Part shown: one piece after another, positions 39,293 through 52,999 of the stretch
Numbering within the stretch: the first letter of the stretch is position 1
Layout of the letters: the number at the start of each line of letters is the position of its first letter
Source of the DNA: Octopus vulgaris
Lineage: Eukaryota
Assembly: GCA_951406725.2 (NCBI GenBank)
Contig: OX597816.1
Location: forward strand, 100,936,001 to 101,000,000
Direction: 5' to 3'
DNA: 64,000 nt
The notes under the pieces: generated by a model
What the model was told of the DNA's origin: nothing
Seen by the model: the letters and a program-made list of their open reading frames with translations, nothing else
Databases searched by the model: none
Translations under genes and position numbers: made by a program

Positions 39293-42200
39293 GCGAGGGC
39301 AGAACAACCCCGAATTGCTAACTTAAAATGTCTTTATTCTCTACGTGTGGTTTTGAGAGGAAATACACAGTGTTTACGCAAAATTGCTTAAGATCAGTTA
39401 TAACCACCATGTATATTCATTTCGGTCTAGATATAGAGCTAATTCCATCCTTCTATTCCAGCATGCCAGGAAATTAAGAAGCAGTAGAACAGAAAGCGTT
39501 TTCGAAATCTGGAATAATGTAAACAAAGTATCCTCGTACAATAACTAAAGAAGATTCACTCTGTGCTTATCTGCGTATTTATCTATTCTGAAACATCTGT
39601 CAAGAACGTTTCACAAAGGATACGCAATGTTATCTTTTATCAAAGTACAGTAAGAACGATAATTCTAGTAGAACAATTTTGTTCGATCGGTCTTCTTTGA
39701 GTAATATTTGTATCTAATTCGTAATAATTTGATCTCTGCTTATTACTTCACGTTACGTACCCCATTACGCATTATATATTGTTAAAGATTAGTCTGCGTG
39801 AAAGATATGTTCTCATTTTCTTCTCTTCCACTCCCACGTATACACATTTATGCATTAAGTTATGGCACACACTTTATTGACGGAGAACTTTTGAAGAAAT
39901 CCAATGTTTCTGCGTCTGCAGTTCCCATTTCTCATCTGCTCCAAGTCAGAAATTAGATCCCGGAAATAGTTTCTACTTAGAAACGCATAATCTAGAGATG
40001 CTTGTCTTATAGTACCGGGACGTTTTCATGTGACATCTAAGAATTGATTATTCATTTATAGTACTACTGAAGATTTGTATAAAAGCGGGTAGGACGGAAG
40101 TTCATTTGAATGAAGAAGGCGTTTTAAAAGTGTTTTATTTGAAAAATTCATTTCGGTATCTTAACCTTTCGAAAAACTTATCGTAGAATTTTATGGGACT
40201 TGATTAAGATTTCCATGTCATGAGGCTTATAGTTACTAGCTGTATCCTGCATATGTAGAGTAAATGTTACGGTGTGATACAATGATTATACACACATATA
40301 CACACAAACGTACGTGCCTGCTCATGTTTGTGGGAAGATATAAGTATATATATAACATTACTTTAGCTACATGACTCATGTCACTCTGAGACCGTCTTTC
40401 TATTTCCTTCGTGCCAATCTCTGGTCAGCTTTATAAAACATCACTTTAGATTTGTGATCAATTACACCTGAGCAAGCCAACTCACATTCAAGTATTCCGT
40501 TAGCTTTTTGAGGCTAAGACCTAGCAGTCAAATTCCTGTATGACGCTTATTCCTTTCCCCTACCCATCAATCAAGCCGTCTTTATATGGCACTATGTACG
40601 TATTATTTATTCTGTGTGTGTGTGTGTGTGTGTGTGTGTCTACACTTTTGTTATGCTAGTTCTCTTTTTCTAGGACATCTCTTTACAGATTGTATTTTAG
40701 ACTACCACTTTTAACACCACTACCGTTACTAAAACTGCTACCATTATCAGTTTCAATTTCAGTGATGGCAATTTAACTTACCCGCTATTCTTGAGAAAAT
40801 GACGTCATAACATCGCCCCCTAAAAGCAATAGGGCTGATTATACACAAATGGGAATGATCTCGGAGGAGGGGATTAAATAACTGACTTTATTTCATACAT
40901 CAGTTTAGTAGTTCCTCTCTTTCAAATTTGAATTTACTACGAAACACTCTCTCTATGCTTTTAGCTACAGTCATATTTTGTCAAGTAAAGACGATTTGAT
41001 TATCCTGTTGAAATATGAAAACATCACTGCTGAGAGGGTTCAACTATCCTGACCAACTCATGCCCTTATACGTTGAACCAATATTTATTTATTTGAAATA
41101 GCATACATTATAAAGCAGTTGTTAGAACTCTACTAGCGACTTTTTATCAGTAGCTCAAAAGATTAGCGATCGTATTCCTCTATTTGAATTAATAAAGGCG
41201 CTTGGCATTCATTGCTAAGCTTTTTAGGTTGTTTGCATTTTGTTTCATTTCAGTTCTGATCGAACAGATCTATAACCAAAGCTGCTTTAGGCTTGATCAT
41301 CCAATTTTTCTTTCAAACACAATATATAAAGCATATAAATGTTTTAAACATTAAGCAGATTTTCATATAGTGAAATGAATATTTATGCATTCTTTGAAAT
41401 GTCACAGAGATTAGACAAATGTGGTTAGAGAACAGAAGTTCTATGTTTAACAATTATTAGAAACATGAATGTACAATGTCTGTTTTCTGAATTTTTTTTT
41501 TTTTTTTAGTTACTGTTGTGTCTCCGACAGAGATGCTTCATCTTGAGTAAGGTACTCAGCTCTACATGAATAGATATATAGCTAGAGATCACACTACTTA
41601 AGCGAAAGGTCGATAGCTCAGACAAGAAGCAAATAGCTCCCGGGTTCTGAATTCGAATTTTGCCTTCGTAAAAATGATAATAAGATACGGTAGAGAACTC
41701 TCATTTGCATTGATTTTGCGAATTTTTCTTTGTAACCAAATTAGACACCAAATCTGCAATTAGACATTGATCTAGTGGACAGACTTGAAAAATATCACAA
41801 TAGAAGAAATCCAAGTATCTAAAATATGTCATTAGAGAAGAAGCCTGTTGGGAAGAGGAACGCGGTGTAACAGAAGATGACACATTGTTCAGTGTCCAAG
41901 CAATCGGCCTTTCGTCACTTTCACGAATTTAACGCTAGGTATATTGAAGCAAGCGGAGTTGAGCGTCTTGCTAAAGATACAGCAATACTGATAAGGACAC
42001 ACTAGTAACTGAAGAGAACCTGATAAAGGATTTTCTCAGGAAAATGTTTGTGATAATTCAATGACACATAAGGTATTTTATTCATTTCATTTTCAACAAT
42101 GCTAAAGTTGTGTCCTTTCTTTCTATCCAAATATATCACTTTCAATTGGTGTGTTGCTCTGAGAACTGTATATCACGGATATAATAGTCAAGTGGTTAAA

Positions 42201-43632
42201 TAGTTGTATTGGCCAAACCTGTTCCGGCATTACACACTTCAAATATCTTTATATCTGCAGTGATCTATATCAGCTGAAGTAACTTAATTTCTTTTTTCAT
42301 GACAAACGAATATTAGTAGACAGATTCTAACCAACAGAATATGCAGTCCGATTTCGATTCCTAGATACCACCAGCCATTTTATTAATGTTAATTATTTTC
42401 GCTAATGCTAAAAAAATACTAAGAACGCTAGCTCATAGCAGTGTAGTGCATAGCTAATAACAGTCCTTCCTGTGAATAACAATTCATATTAGACTTCAAG
42501 AGACCTTTTATGTTGCCGTTTGATCGGCTGGAAATATCAGCCAAAACTTACTCAAATCACACTATTGTCTTAAAGATGAATAAACTTGATAGTGTAATTT
42601 TTGTTAAGGTATGCCAGCAAAATAGCATGGTCAGGAGTAAAATAGGTCTATTTGATCAAGACTGACAACTTCTTTACAAGCAGATGACTAAGTCGTGGAT
42701 GATATACGAATACAAATCGTAAACCTTTCGATTAACATAATAGTATCCTTAGACAGATGTGATTTCCCATAAAAATAGATTTATTAAGACAAAATTTATA
42801 TTATTATTATACTTATACATTGTAACTGTATTATATTATATCTGGGTAAACAAATATAAAATTGTTCTGTGGCCAATCTAAGAAAATGGCAGTTGGGTGT
42901 TAATGAGGTCAGGAACACTGAATTTCTTGTAATTGTTGAGTGTGGTGCTTAAAAGTTATCCGCTCCAAGGAAGTGTTGATCTTGTGATTGTTTCGTACAA
43001 CTGGCACTCCCAAATACAATGATCCAGCCAACATATTTTCTTTGAGTAGTTACGAAAAAAGAACTTATGATGCGGATATACGTCAAAGCTATGAAAAATA
43101 ACAAACTTCCCAAGTGTTTTCAAAAAAGTTAATAGCGAGTGATACTGAGAAGTTATAATGTGAACTAATTCAATCAGCTGCAGCTTTCCCCCGTCATTTA
43201 AGCTGCTAATGCTTTTAAGAATAAGTGACTGTCTAACTACCCAGTTCTCTTTTGTTGATGTCAATGAGTTGAATACCAATGACATCAAAAATAACCACAT
43301 ACATATTTCAGCTGTACGTCAAATAAATACAGTTAGATATCAATATATTTGGTCACGTTAAGCAGAAAGTTCGACGATCAATAAGCTGAAGAATGAAAAG
43401 AGAAACGAAACACACGGGATGGTAAAAATAGTTACTGACTAGATGCTTTCAGGTATTTATTTCAGTGTTTTCAGTCTCTAAGTCGTATCCAGCCGAAATC
43501 TACGGAATAAAATATCAGTTATCTAATAAGTCGTTCCCATCGAATACATCTCGCCACAAAAATTAGTTTTCTGCTTCAATAATAGATCAATTTATTTGCA
43601 ACAAGTGATATCAGTTGCATGGCCAATGATTC

Positions 43633-43752
43633 GACTATGAGGACTTCCATGAAGCCTTCACGAAGCGGCTGGAGCGCAACAGGTGCAGTGAAGTCAGAGA
43701 ATCCTACTTTCAAAGAGATTAAAGTCTGAAAACCTCTGGAATGTATCTTGTA
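43633..43752 (+). mobile_element. Mariner transposase C-terminal remnant with a probable right TIR
   Basis: Reads DYEDFHEAFTKRLERNRCSEVRESYFQRD*, like the mariner terminus ...F.KW.ER..KCIE..G.YFE. Followed by the TIR-like aagtctgaaaacctctggaatgtatcttg-ta. Confidence 0.55.
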
Positions 43753-44352
43753 TATCACAACTTCAGTAGTATACAGTGAGATTTTCAGTTTTATGAAAAT
43801 ACAGCTAAAGACTACTCAGATATCTGAGACAAATTTTACAGACGGGTTCTGATCATAGCATGTAGATGCTGACAAATGTAAGGAAAGGAACCCATTATGT
43901 AGCAGCTTTATTCATGTTAAGAGTAGTAAATATATTTATTTTAATCATAGAAATTGTCATTTCTACAATGCAAGACGAGTATTTTGTTTCAGTTTGTTAC
44001 TCCACCAAGGATAGAATTTTTAAATAAATTATCTCCTAAAATATTAAAGTACTAATTTGAGTAGTTAGAATGGAAGACGCTCTATTTGTGTAATAGATCA
44101 TGTAATCAATAAGCAGCTTCGATTTAAAAACAAACTTATAAACGAAGCAAAACAAAACAATTTTCCGAAGAAAGATATTACAGTGGATCACAAAATCCGT
44201 TATCATACACATCTCACATACTCAAACCAGATTGTGTTATTCCACTAATATGTGCTATTTAAATTCACCATAGACTAAACCGGTAAGAGTGGAAATCTAT
44301 CTAAGGATTTTTTACGAAGTATTTAGAAATGTCGAGAGTCCTTCATCAATCG

Positions 44353-44436
44353 TGTTTCCCCAGTCACTAGAAACAAGAATGCATCCAGTGCATTCCTGTA
44401 TCTAGTGATTAGAGAAACATGTACTGGATACATTCC
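44353..44436. repeat. Imperfect palindrome (31-bp arms, 5-nt loop) plus an extra inverted copy of its centre
   Basis: tgtttccccagtcactagaaacaagaatgca-tccag-tgcattcctgtatctagtgattagagaaaca, then tgtactggatacattc. Confidence 0.8.
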
Positions 44437-45244
44437 CTATCCTATCTTAGTTTCAGACTTTCTGAACTATGGTTTCAAAGTCATAAGAAAATTCATAAAA
44501 TTCGAATTTAAAAATGCATAGAAACAAACGAAACAGGTAGAGAAATTTTATGATGGCGTTAGACATAGTTGCTTGGTAATAAGAAATAATTCTGGTAGAT
44601 AAATTGGAGAAAGGGACAACGGAAGAACAGCTAGCAGGGTTTTCTCAACAGTTATCCTTAAAATGTGGCAGGATATATATGCATCCAATTCGCTACTTCA
44701 AGTCTAAATTGAAACAACATCGACGACAGCAAATATAGAAATTCTATATGATAAAACTAGATTACGTTATCCAGTCATAAAGAGAAACAAAGCCAGGAAC
44801 ATCAATGCAGAGTGGAAAACTGTCTTTTAACGAAGAATGTCTATATTGAAGGTGCATAGCAGCAGTAGCTAAGGACAAGACGCTAAAAGATTTGTTAAAA
44901 ATAAATGTACTTTAAATAGTGGATCATGGTAGAAATAGAACTAAAGGAGGAAAAGAGAAGCTGTGTATAATTAGTTGATTTGTAAGGTAGTGGGGTGCGT
45001 GTTGTCTTTAGTTATCACACTGAAGGATCTGCAACCATTTCTTTGGAAATGAATAAAGAGAGAATAAAACCGATTTGTAAGTAACGAGGATAGGTCACAA
45101 AACTTATAGAGAGTGGGCTGTCGATTCAAACGATTATACCATTTGATGTGTACGTATTTTATCTACTCAGAAAGGGTTAAAAGTATGACAACCGCAGCGG
45201 GATTTGAACGCAGGCGATAAAGAAACGACACTATATATTATATG

Positions 45245-45600
45245 TTCTTTTATCTTTTACCTGTTTTAATCATTGGCCTACAGCTATGCTGGGGCACCAC
45301 CTTGAGGAGTTTTAGTCGAACAAATCGGCCCAGTATGTATTTTTAAGTCTAGTACTTATCTTATCGGCCTCTTTTACTGTACTACTTAGTTAGCTCACGT
45401 AAGCAAACCAACACCGTTTGTGAAGTGGTGGTGAAGGTGTACAAAAGCAGACACAAAGACAGACACATTTGCACATATATACACGACGGTCTTCCACAGA
45501 GTTTCCGTCTACCAAATTTACTTACAAGGCATTGGTCAGCCCGTAGCTATAGAAGACATCCAAGGTGTCGTGCAGTGGGATTGAACTGGAAACCATGAGA
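45245..45600 (-). mobile_element. SINE family B, diverged
   Basis: Reverse complement of the 4081-4490 family (ttccgtctaccaaattt...caaggtgtcgtgcagtgggattgaac). Confidence 0.8.
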
Positions 45601-45846
45601 GTTTTTTTGAAATAAATACAAAGGTAAATTAATTGCATTCAATGCGAAATAATTCCATGTAAAACATAAAGTAAGCCATGTCATGTACAAGGAAGTCAAT
45701 TAAAATATAACTGTTATTGATACACTGTTATGTAAACATACATACAATTACATACACATACAGACGTTCATACATTTAGATACACATACACAGAAATACA
45801 AATATGCTTATCTTTACATACACATACAGACATGTAAATATTCATT

Positions 45847-45906
<60 letters not shown>

Positions 45907-45949
45907 TACAAATATAGGCAAAATTGTTGGTTAACTAAGACTAAGGCCT

Positions 45950-46212
45950 ACCTCGAGTCTATAGTGTCATGAGGGGACTGGCTTATCCATGTTGCTGGGG
46001 CTGTCAGGGAAATAAAATTACAAGACTCATCCCTGAATGGGATGCCAATCAGTCGTAGTGTTATCTCCTGTGCTACTGGCTGAGGGAACTGGAGTAACAT
46101 GAAATGAAGAACCTTGCTTAAGGACATGATACACTGCCTGTTCCAAGAATGGAATTCACCATCTGATGATTGCGGACTCAACTGAGTAATCACTAAGCCA
46201 TCCGCCTTCACA
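45950..46212 (-). mobile_element. CORE-like SINE, family C
   Basis: actggagtaacatgaaatgaagaaccttgcttaaggacat...cactaagccatccgcct. Homologous to 46860-47062. Confidence 0.65.
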
Positions 46213-46724
46213 ATTAGTGATATTTAGGTTTTTAACAACTGAAACAGTTTGAAGAATTTTCTAGAGGTGTGTTAGAGTTCAAAAATGTTGTGACTGCCAA
46301 GCCATAGTTTAGTAACAAGAAATAACCTGGTTTTTAAATATAGCTTCAATAATTTTTATTAGCATAGGGAAAAGTTCTTCTAAATATAAAGAATATTAAA
46401 CGATTTGAATTTATAAACAAAAAATCTATGACATTAGCAATGAAACGACTAACCTATCCATTAGTCTAATAAACTGTAAAGTGAATTTTAGATGAAGCGT
46501 ATGCAGATCTGTGCTAAGATAATGTTTCTTTCAATTAAATATATCTAGTCTAATTACAGAGATAGAACATTCTCAATTTGCCTGTGGTTCACAGTAAGCG
46601 GGAAAAACTTTGCTCGCATCTAATGAGCACCGCTAACAAGTTTATATTGTTTAAAATTTGCATAAATTTCAATTTGCTATTCTAAATTAAGTACGTTGCA
46701 TTGATTTTTCTTCACACTCACTTC

Positions 46725-46821
<97 letters not shown>

Positions 46822-46859
46822 CGAGAGAGATAGTTCACTTTACTCAATACGACGCATAG

Positions 46860-47062
46860 GGCAGGGTTTCCGGTGTATATAATCCACCCTGGATGAGACG
46901 CCAGTCTGTCACAGAATTACTAAGTTTTACTTGCTGAGTGGACTGGAACAATGTGAAATGAAGTGTTTTGCTCAAGAACACAACACATCACCCAGTCCAG
47001 GATTCGAAACCACAATTTTACGATCATGAGGCCATTACCCTAACCACTAAGTCATGCGCCTA
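46860..47062 (-). mobile_element. CORE-like SINE, family C
   Basis: ggactggaacaatgtgaaatgaagtgttttgctcaagaacac...ggattcgaaacc (reverse B-box)...taaccactaagtcatgcgcct (reverse A-box). Confidence 0.7.
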
Positions 47063-48583
47063 CACATACGCGCGCATGTAAATCGTTGGCAATGGATCGA
47101 ATTTGACATGAAATGTTCAACATTGTCTTACATCATCTTTATGGATTATGGCTCAGAGTTGTTTTAGAGCAAAGTTAGAAATACATCTTTTCTGTATATT
47201 CAATTAATTCATATGATGTAAGTAGATTGTGTAACGTCACAAGATAAAATTATAATTTCTTTTTCAATCAATATTAAATACCTAACTTTAGTAGATATGG
47301 ATATAATAATTTTGTAGGACTGTGTTATACTGTGTTGGCAATTCTGTACCTCTTACAGATCGGCCTCAATTCTCTCATCATATCCCCCTTCCCACCTGTT
47401 TTTGAAATACCATCTGTTTCTGTTGAATATGATACTCCAATGTTGACCTACTTCTTAGTTTTAGCGTCTAGCAACAATACATACACCTCAGTCAAATGGT
47501 GCTAGTTCAGCAAAAGACCAAATTCCAGCCCAGACAGCGACTGCAGGTTCAACGGGACACCGCGGAGAAAATAATGATTGAAATAGATTTTTGTTCTGAC
47601 CGACACCTGATACCCAGCAATGGGTCTCACAGGCTTTGAAACATGTGGTATCTTTATTGCTTGGTTTATATTTCAAGAGACGCAGGATGATCTTAATTCT
47701 CCACCCCCTACAGTGAAAAGCGATATCTGTAGCAAACAATTCCCACCCCACACATCTTTATTTTTGTTCGTTTTCCCTTCATTTTTCTTTTTCCTTTATT
47801 TTTGTATTTTCTTTATCAAACACGATTCTTCAACAACCGTTTTACACCCGCTGGATTTGTTCAGGTGCTTCCATAAGCATATAACAAACTCACAGTTCAT
47901 TATTTTCGCATTAATTTCCGCGACTGATAAGGGCGCTTTGTTAATGTTAGAAAGTCATTGTCTAACCGACAAGTATCAGACAGTATTTCCCCCTCAGAAG
48001 ATGGAGCTAGTCAATTAAAGATACGAATGTCCACACACACACAAACAAAAAAAAAAAAAAGAGAGAGAGAATCTGTAGTTAAGTTTAGTTCAATCTGATT
48101 AATAAATGTAATTATTGATTTCTTAAAAGTGAGACAAAACATCTAATTTATAGAAGGAAATTAGATTATTCCAGGTTCATGCTGTTTATAATTTCCGCAT
48201 TTTCATTAGTCATAATATTTTATATGTTAATACATAGTCCCAGATCGACATTATTCTATCAGACCTATGACGTTTCTGCGATTAGGACAACAGTATCTGA
48301 TGTATCCTCAATTCTAAAGACGGTAGAGTGAAATTTGAGCAAGATGTAGCAATTATTTCAAGAAAGTCGGGCGATTACGTGTAGTTCCCCTTGTTGGTGT
48401 TATTTGAAATATAAAGGTCCCTAGTACTGTTGAGTTGAGGTTGTAACGTACTTTCGATTCTTAGCTGAAGTGCGTTCCCTCTACGCACACTGATACTATC
48501 TTAGGAAAAAGTTTGAACACTACTTTCTATAAGGCCATTGTGAAATAACTGGCTAGAAAATAGGAAAAAACTTACATGACCTA

Positions 48584-48632
<49 letters not shown>

Positions 48633-48636
48633 TATA

Positions 48637-48684
<48 letters not shown>

Positions 48685-48688
<4 letters not shown>

Positions 48689-48822
48689 ACACAACTTGAC
48701 TTAAACAGGATTTAGATAATCCTATCAGGTGGTGCTATAAAGTTAAACCTGGCCTGGACCAATCTTTGGTCAAAACATATCTAAGTTTTATACATATGTA
48801 TTGAATTGAACCAGTTTCAGCT
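48685..48822 (+). repeat. Direct duplicate of 49348-49484 (LINE 3' end plus flank)
   Basis: About 137 bp with three differences. Confidence 0.9.
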
Positions 48823-48872
48823 AGGTGTGGTCATATATATATACATACATACATATATATATACATATATAT

Positions 48873-48905
<33 letters not shown>

Positions 48906-48926
48906 ATAATAATATATATATATATA

Positions 48927-48957
<31 letters not shown>

Positions 48958-48967
48958 TGTATGTATG

Positions 48968-49015
<48 letters not shown>

Positions 49016-49029
49016 ATATTAGGGAGTTA

Positions 49030-49452
49030 TATATATACATCATTTGCACGATGTGGAGAATATACCGCTAGCATTGCCCAAACGACCTGAACATTAGCTT
49101 CAAAATTCATCCAAGGTTACGACCGCGGGCCATTCTGGATCACAACATATAGGTACACTGCAATACAATTTCTTTTCCTCAACAGGCCCTGTCCTATTTA
49201 ATATTGTCCCAAAACTGATCAAAGAGGAAAAGGATCTCATCACCTTTAAACGGAATCGGAAAAAATTTCTTCAAGGAATACCAGATAACCCACCTATACC
49301 TAGATACAACTCAATCAGCAAGAACTCCCTACTCGGATGGACCATGGTACCACACAACTTGACTTAAAAGGATTTAGATAATCCTATCAGGTGGTGCTAT
49401 AAAGTTAAACCTGGTCTGGACCAATCTTTGGTCGAAACATATCTAAGTTTTA
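49030..49452 (+). mobile_element. CR1/L2-like LINE 3' end (5'-truncated)
   Basis: [27 protein letters not shown], then QYNFFSSTGPVLFNIVPKLIKEEKDLITFKRNRKKFLQGIPDNPPIPRYNSISKNSLLGW. This is the GP.LFN..P / FK..LD.FL..IPD.P / NSL..W ORF2 terminus. Confidence 0.8.
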
Positions 49453-49624
49453 TACATATGTATTGAATTGAACCAGTTTCAGCTCACCAGCTGTGGTCAT
49501 ACTGAAGCACTGCTGTTTGGTGTTGCTGCATAATTTTTACTTCACTAATTCATTTTAGAACTTGATATTTGGTGCATGTGGAGTTTGACGCCGCTGCCCG
49601 CATTTGCACTTCCTACTGTGAATT

Positions 49625-49692
49625 TGGATTAAAACCGTAAAAACAGGCTTTTTTCCTTCGTCAACACAGCCTGTTTTCATGGTTTTAATCCA
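49625..49692. other. 68-nt stem-loop (25-bp arms, 18-nt loop); candidate pre-miRNA or MITE remnant
   Basis: tggattaaaaccgtaaaaacaggct and agcctgttttcatggttttaatcca give 23 Watson-Crick pairs, one G-U pair and one mismatch. Confidence 0.5.
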
Positions 49693-52600
49693 GAAATTGG
49701 AACCAATTCACAATTAACGTGAAGTCTTTTTAATATTCTTTCACTAGCCCGTTTTCAGTTACGTGTATATTTAATCTGAAATTTTCGGTAGCTTTTTGAA
49801 TGTTTCGGCAATTCAAGTATGTTGGAGTTAGGTCGTTTTCACAAAGTACACAAGAGTGAAAAAAGAAAACCAAAAGAAACTATCGTTGTATGTACAAAAT
49901 TATTACTTCTGTTGCTACTTCAGAATTATCTTGGTTAAATATTTCTTTCGAGAACGTTCTTAAGTTCAGATATATTGTTCTTTTTACTTGTTTTTTTTTT
50001 TTATTTATTATGCGCTAATTTTCAAGGGTCATTCACCAGAATAAATATACATTTAAAAAAATATATATGACGTCTCAGACTACAATTTTTTTTATTCACA
50101 ATCACGTATACGGTAATACATACGAAGGGAAGCTAAGTTTCATAATCGAGATTTCAGCAAATTTTGAGAATTTGTTAGTAGGTTGACGATAGTGATATAT
50201 AGTAATCGTAATCAAGAGGGATGTTTTGTCAGCTGCCTATCCTTTAAAAACGAGGGGATTAATGCTATAGGTTTTCGATGGGGAGGGGGCGTTTTATTTA
50301 TTTATTTATTTTGTGTGTCATATTTTATTAAATTGCAGGAAGAGACATGGTTGAAAGTTTTTATGAATGGAAGAATTTCATTGGAAGAAATGAATCGCGG
50401 ACAAGAATTACTAGCATCTAATATAAACTAAATTTCAATTATAAAAATGAGTAGGAAAGTGTTATTTTGATAAAAACTAAGGAGTGTTTGGTGTTTGTGA
50501 CGATTGACAAAAATGTCATTCAAAAACTTACGGATCCTCGAAAAAGAGACGGTGAGTAGAAAACGTCAATGAATTTAGCAGAACCAAAGCAAAATTTGAA
50601 TCCGGATTGTCTATTGTCATCCTCCGAATAAGAAAATAGAACACAAGTGGCTAAAATGATGGAGGGTGAATGGGGAGGAATAGACAGAAAAAAGGAAACA
50701 GAGAAGAGAGGAAGGGCGAGAAACAACGGAGAATAGGGAGATATACTGTTAACAGATATTGAAGACAGTTGATTGAGGGAGAGAATGAAAAAAGATACAC
50801 AGACGGCTGTAAATAAGTAAAGTGAATAAGAGAGTGGGTTCACTTGTAGGTAATTTCCCCCCATACTCCTAGAGTTATTAATGATATAAAGCAACAATTA
50901 AAAAAGTTGAGAATATCTTTTCTCGAAGATAGAGCTACACCACTAGTTTCAAAGAGATCAATGCCTTCGCCGTTGTAACTTTCTACTAATGAAGCGTACT
51001 GAAATATCTTTCTATGATAGAAGTGGAAACTGTACAGACGTTCAATATCTTTAGATAGGAGCTCACTCTGAGATATACATCATTGCGAAGTAACAACGAA
51101 ATAGCCAATTGGACCCTTGGAATTAAATTCTGTTTAAGGAAAAGGGAGAATAAAGCAGGTGTCGGAAATTTAAACCCCACTCAGATAAAAGTGTAAGTTT
51201 TGGAAAATTGAAAGTTTCTGGGTAAAGTGAAAAGGTCACGTTCAGCGTCCGAAATTAGGGTTTGGGGGCTAACAATTATCTTCTAGACAATATTGCTTAG
51301 AGAGCTAGGGAAACATCCATTCTAGATAACCTCGTTTTGGATGTCGGTGACTATCTTTTCAATGGCACTAAGAATACTTGACAAACACCCGGAACTGTCC
51401 ATCAAATGGTGATATACGTGCTAGATAAACATCCAGAGACAGTAGCGTTTTCTAGACAATGGAGTTTAAGGAGTTTTGGTAAATAATTTGGAGAATGAAG
51501 TAGTTCCTCTCTTAGGATCAGAGATGGCCATAGTAAGAGATGGTATTAATGGAGCTATGCATCCGTTTCTTGCTTAACGCCGTCGTAGCTGGAAGAAAGA
51601 ACGCTTACGTCATAATGCTTACAAATGAATATTGAGAATTTAAGACAGTGAAATCCGAGAAGGATCTGTGGGGAGTCAAGGCGAATAAGTACTTCAGGAA
51701 TATTTAATCATGTAATTTTTATTTATTGTTTAATTTTACTAAGATATTAATATCAATTTTGATTTTATTCACCAGTATAACAATTTTATAAAAATAACGC
51801 GACGCTTTCACTATACTCAGAAACTCAGTTTTTGGAAAGTTTTCACGTTTGTAGTGAGATGAGCTAAATTCCCGATGTTGTACAGAAAATTATATAAAGA
51901 TTAATTTCCTTCTTTTGGATGATCAGTTCAGTAAAGCTATAAAACCTGGCTAAGGAGTTTGCTTTTGTGGTGTAGATATTACTTGAAAGAGTCATCGGTA
52001 TTAGACAGAAGAGGATAGGAAGGTTAATCCCAGTTAGATGATGTGCTTAGTAATAAACTAGAATAAATAATTGCAATTTGGCGGAGGGGAGATATTTTAA
52101 CTGCGTGACAAATGTAACATGGCAACAAAATATTGTCATTGTCAATTTTCAGCAAGTCCTCATTCTTCACGCTTACATCATATCAGCTGGTTAAGCATTC
52201 TAAAGTGTTAGGTTTCCAACAATTGAAAGATGGAAGACATCAATTGATATTATTCCTGTTGAATTTTTAAATGCCGATTCTATATGCAATATATTCAGAC
52301 ACTTCAGTATGGTTAGCAGTAAAGATAGTTCATTGCCAGATGTAATCTATTCAGAGTTGGCGAAATTCCGATCTACTGGAACAATGGCCAAGAAGCTCAA
52401 ACTGCATGAAGATGAAGCTTTGAAGTTAGTTGCAATGTAGGTTATGGCATTAGATAGGGATATAATCTATCAATGTTAGCAAAGGGAGAATGACAGAGGA
52501 AAACTTTTGAGTTTGGAATTAAGGTCAATGTATTTATGCATTTCATTAGGAATATCAAATATTTAATCTGCTGGAAGTAATATGAAAGATCTTACTTAAT

Positions 52601-52999
52601 TATGGGGACAGAATACATTACGTAAAATTATTATTCAAAGTTCAAATCTCGTAGGAATGGCTTTATCGTGTCGCACATCTCTTACAACTAAGTGGTCAGA
52701 AACAAAGACGTTATAGTTTCATCACCATGTGACATTTGGATAACGTTGTCATCCACATCAAATCCTGGTCAACAAATGTAACAACAACGGGAACAGTAGC
52801 AAGTAAAACTTAAAATTACTACTCAAATGCAACAAAAACAGTAACGCAAATATCACTTGATAACCCAAAATTGACGTATTATCAGCAAAATTACAATCAT
52901 TATCATCATTACGATCATCATCGCTATTATCGAATTTGAGACTTAAGGAGAAAACAGTCATCCCTACATTGTAAACTCCAAGCCGTATCTCAACAAAGG

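Noticed and set aside
42900-43300. 114-aa ORF, possibly a DNA-transposon relic
   Set aside because: Only vague motif similarity; cannot assign a family or function.
47400-48018. 87-aa and 132-aa ORFs in complex sequence
   Set aside because: No recognisable domain or splice pattern; probably a decayed TE.
50500-52600. Possible Penelope or other TE remnants
   Set aside because: Too degraded for me to support with specific motifs.
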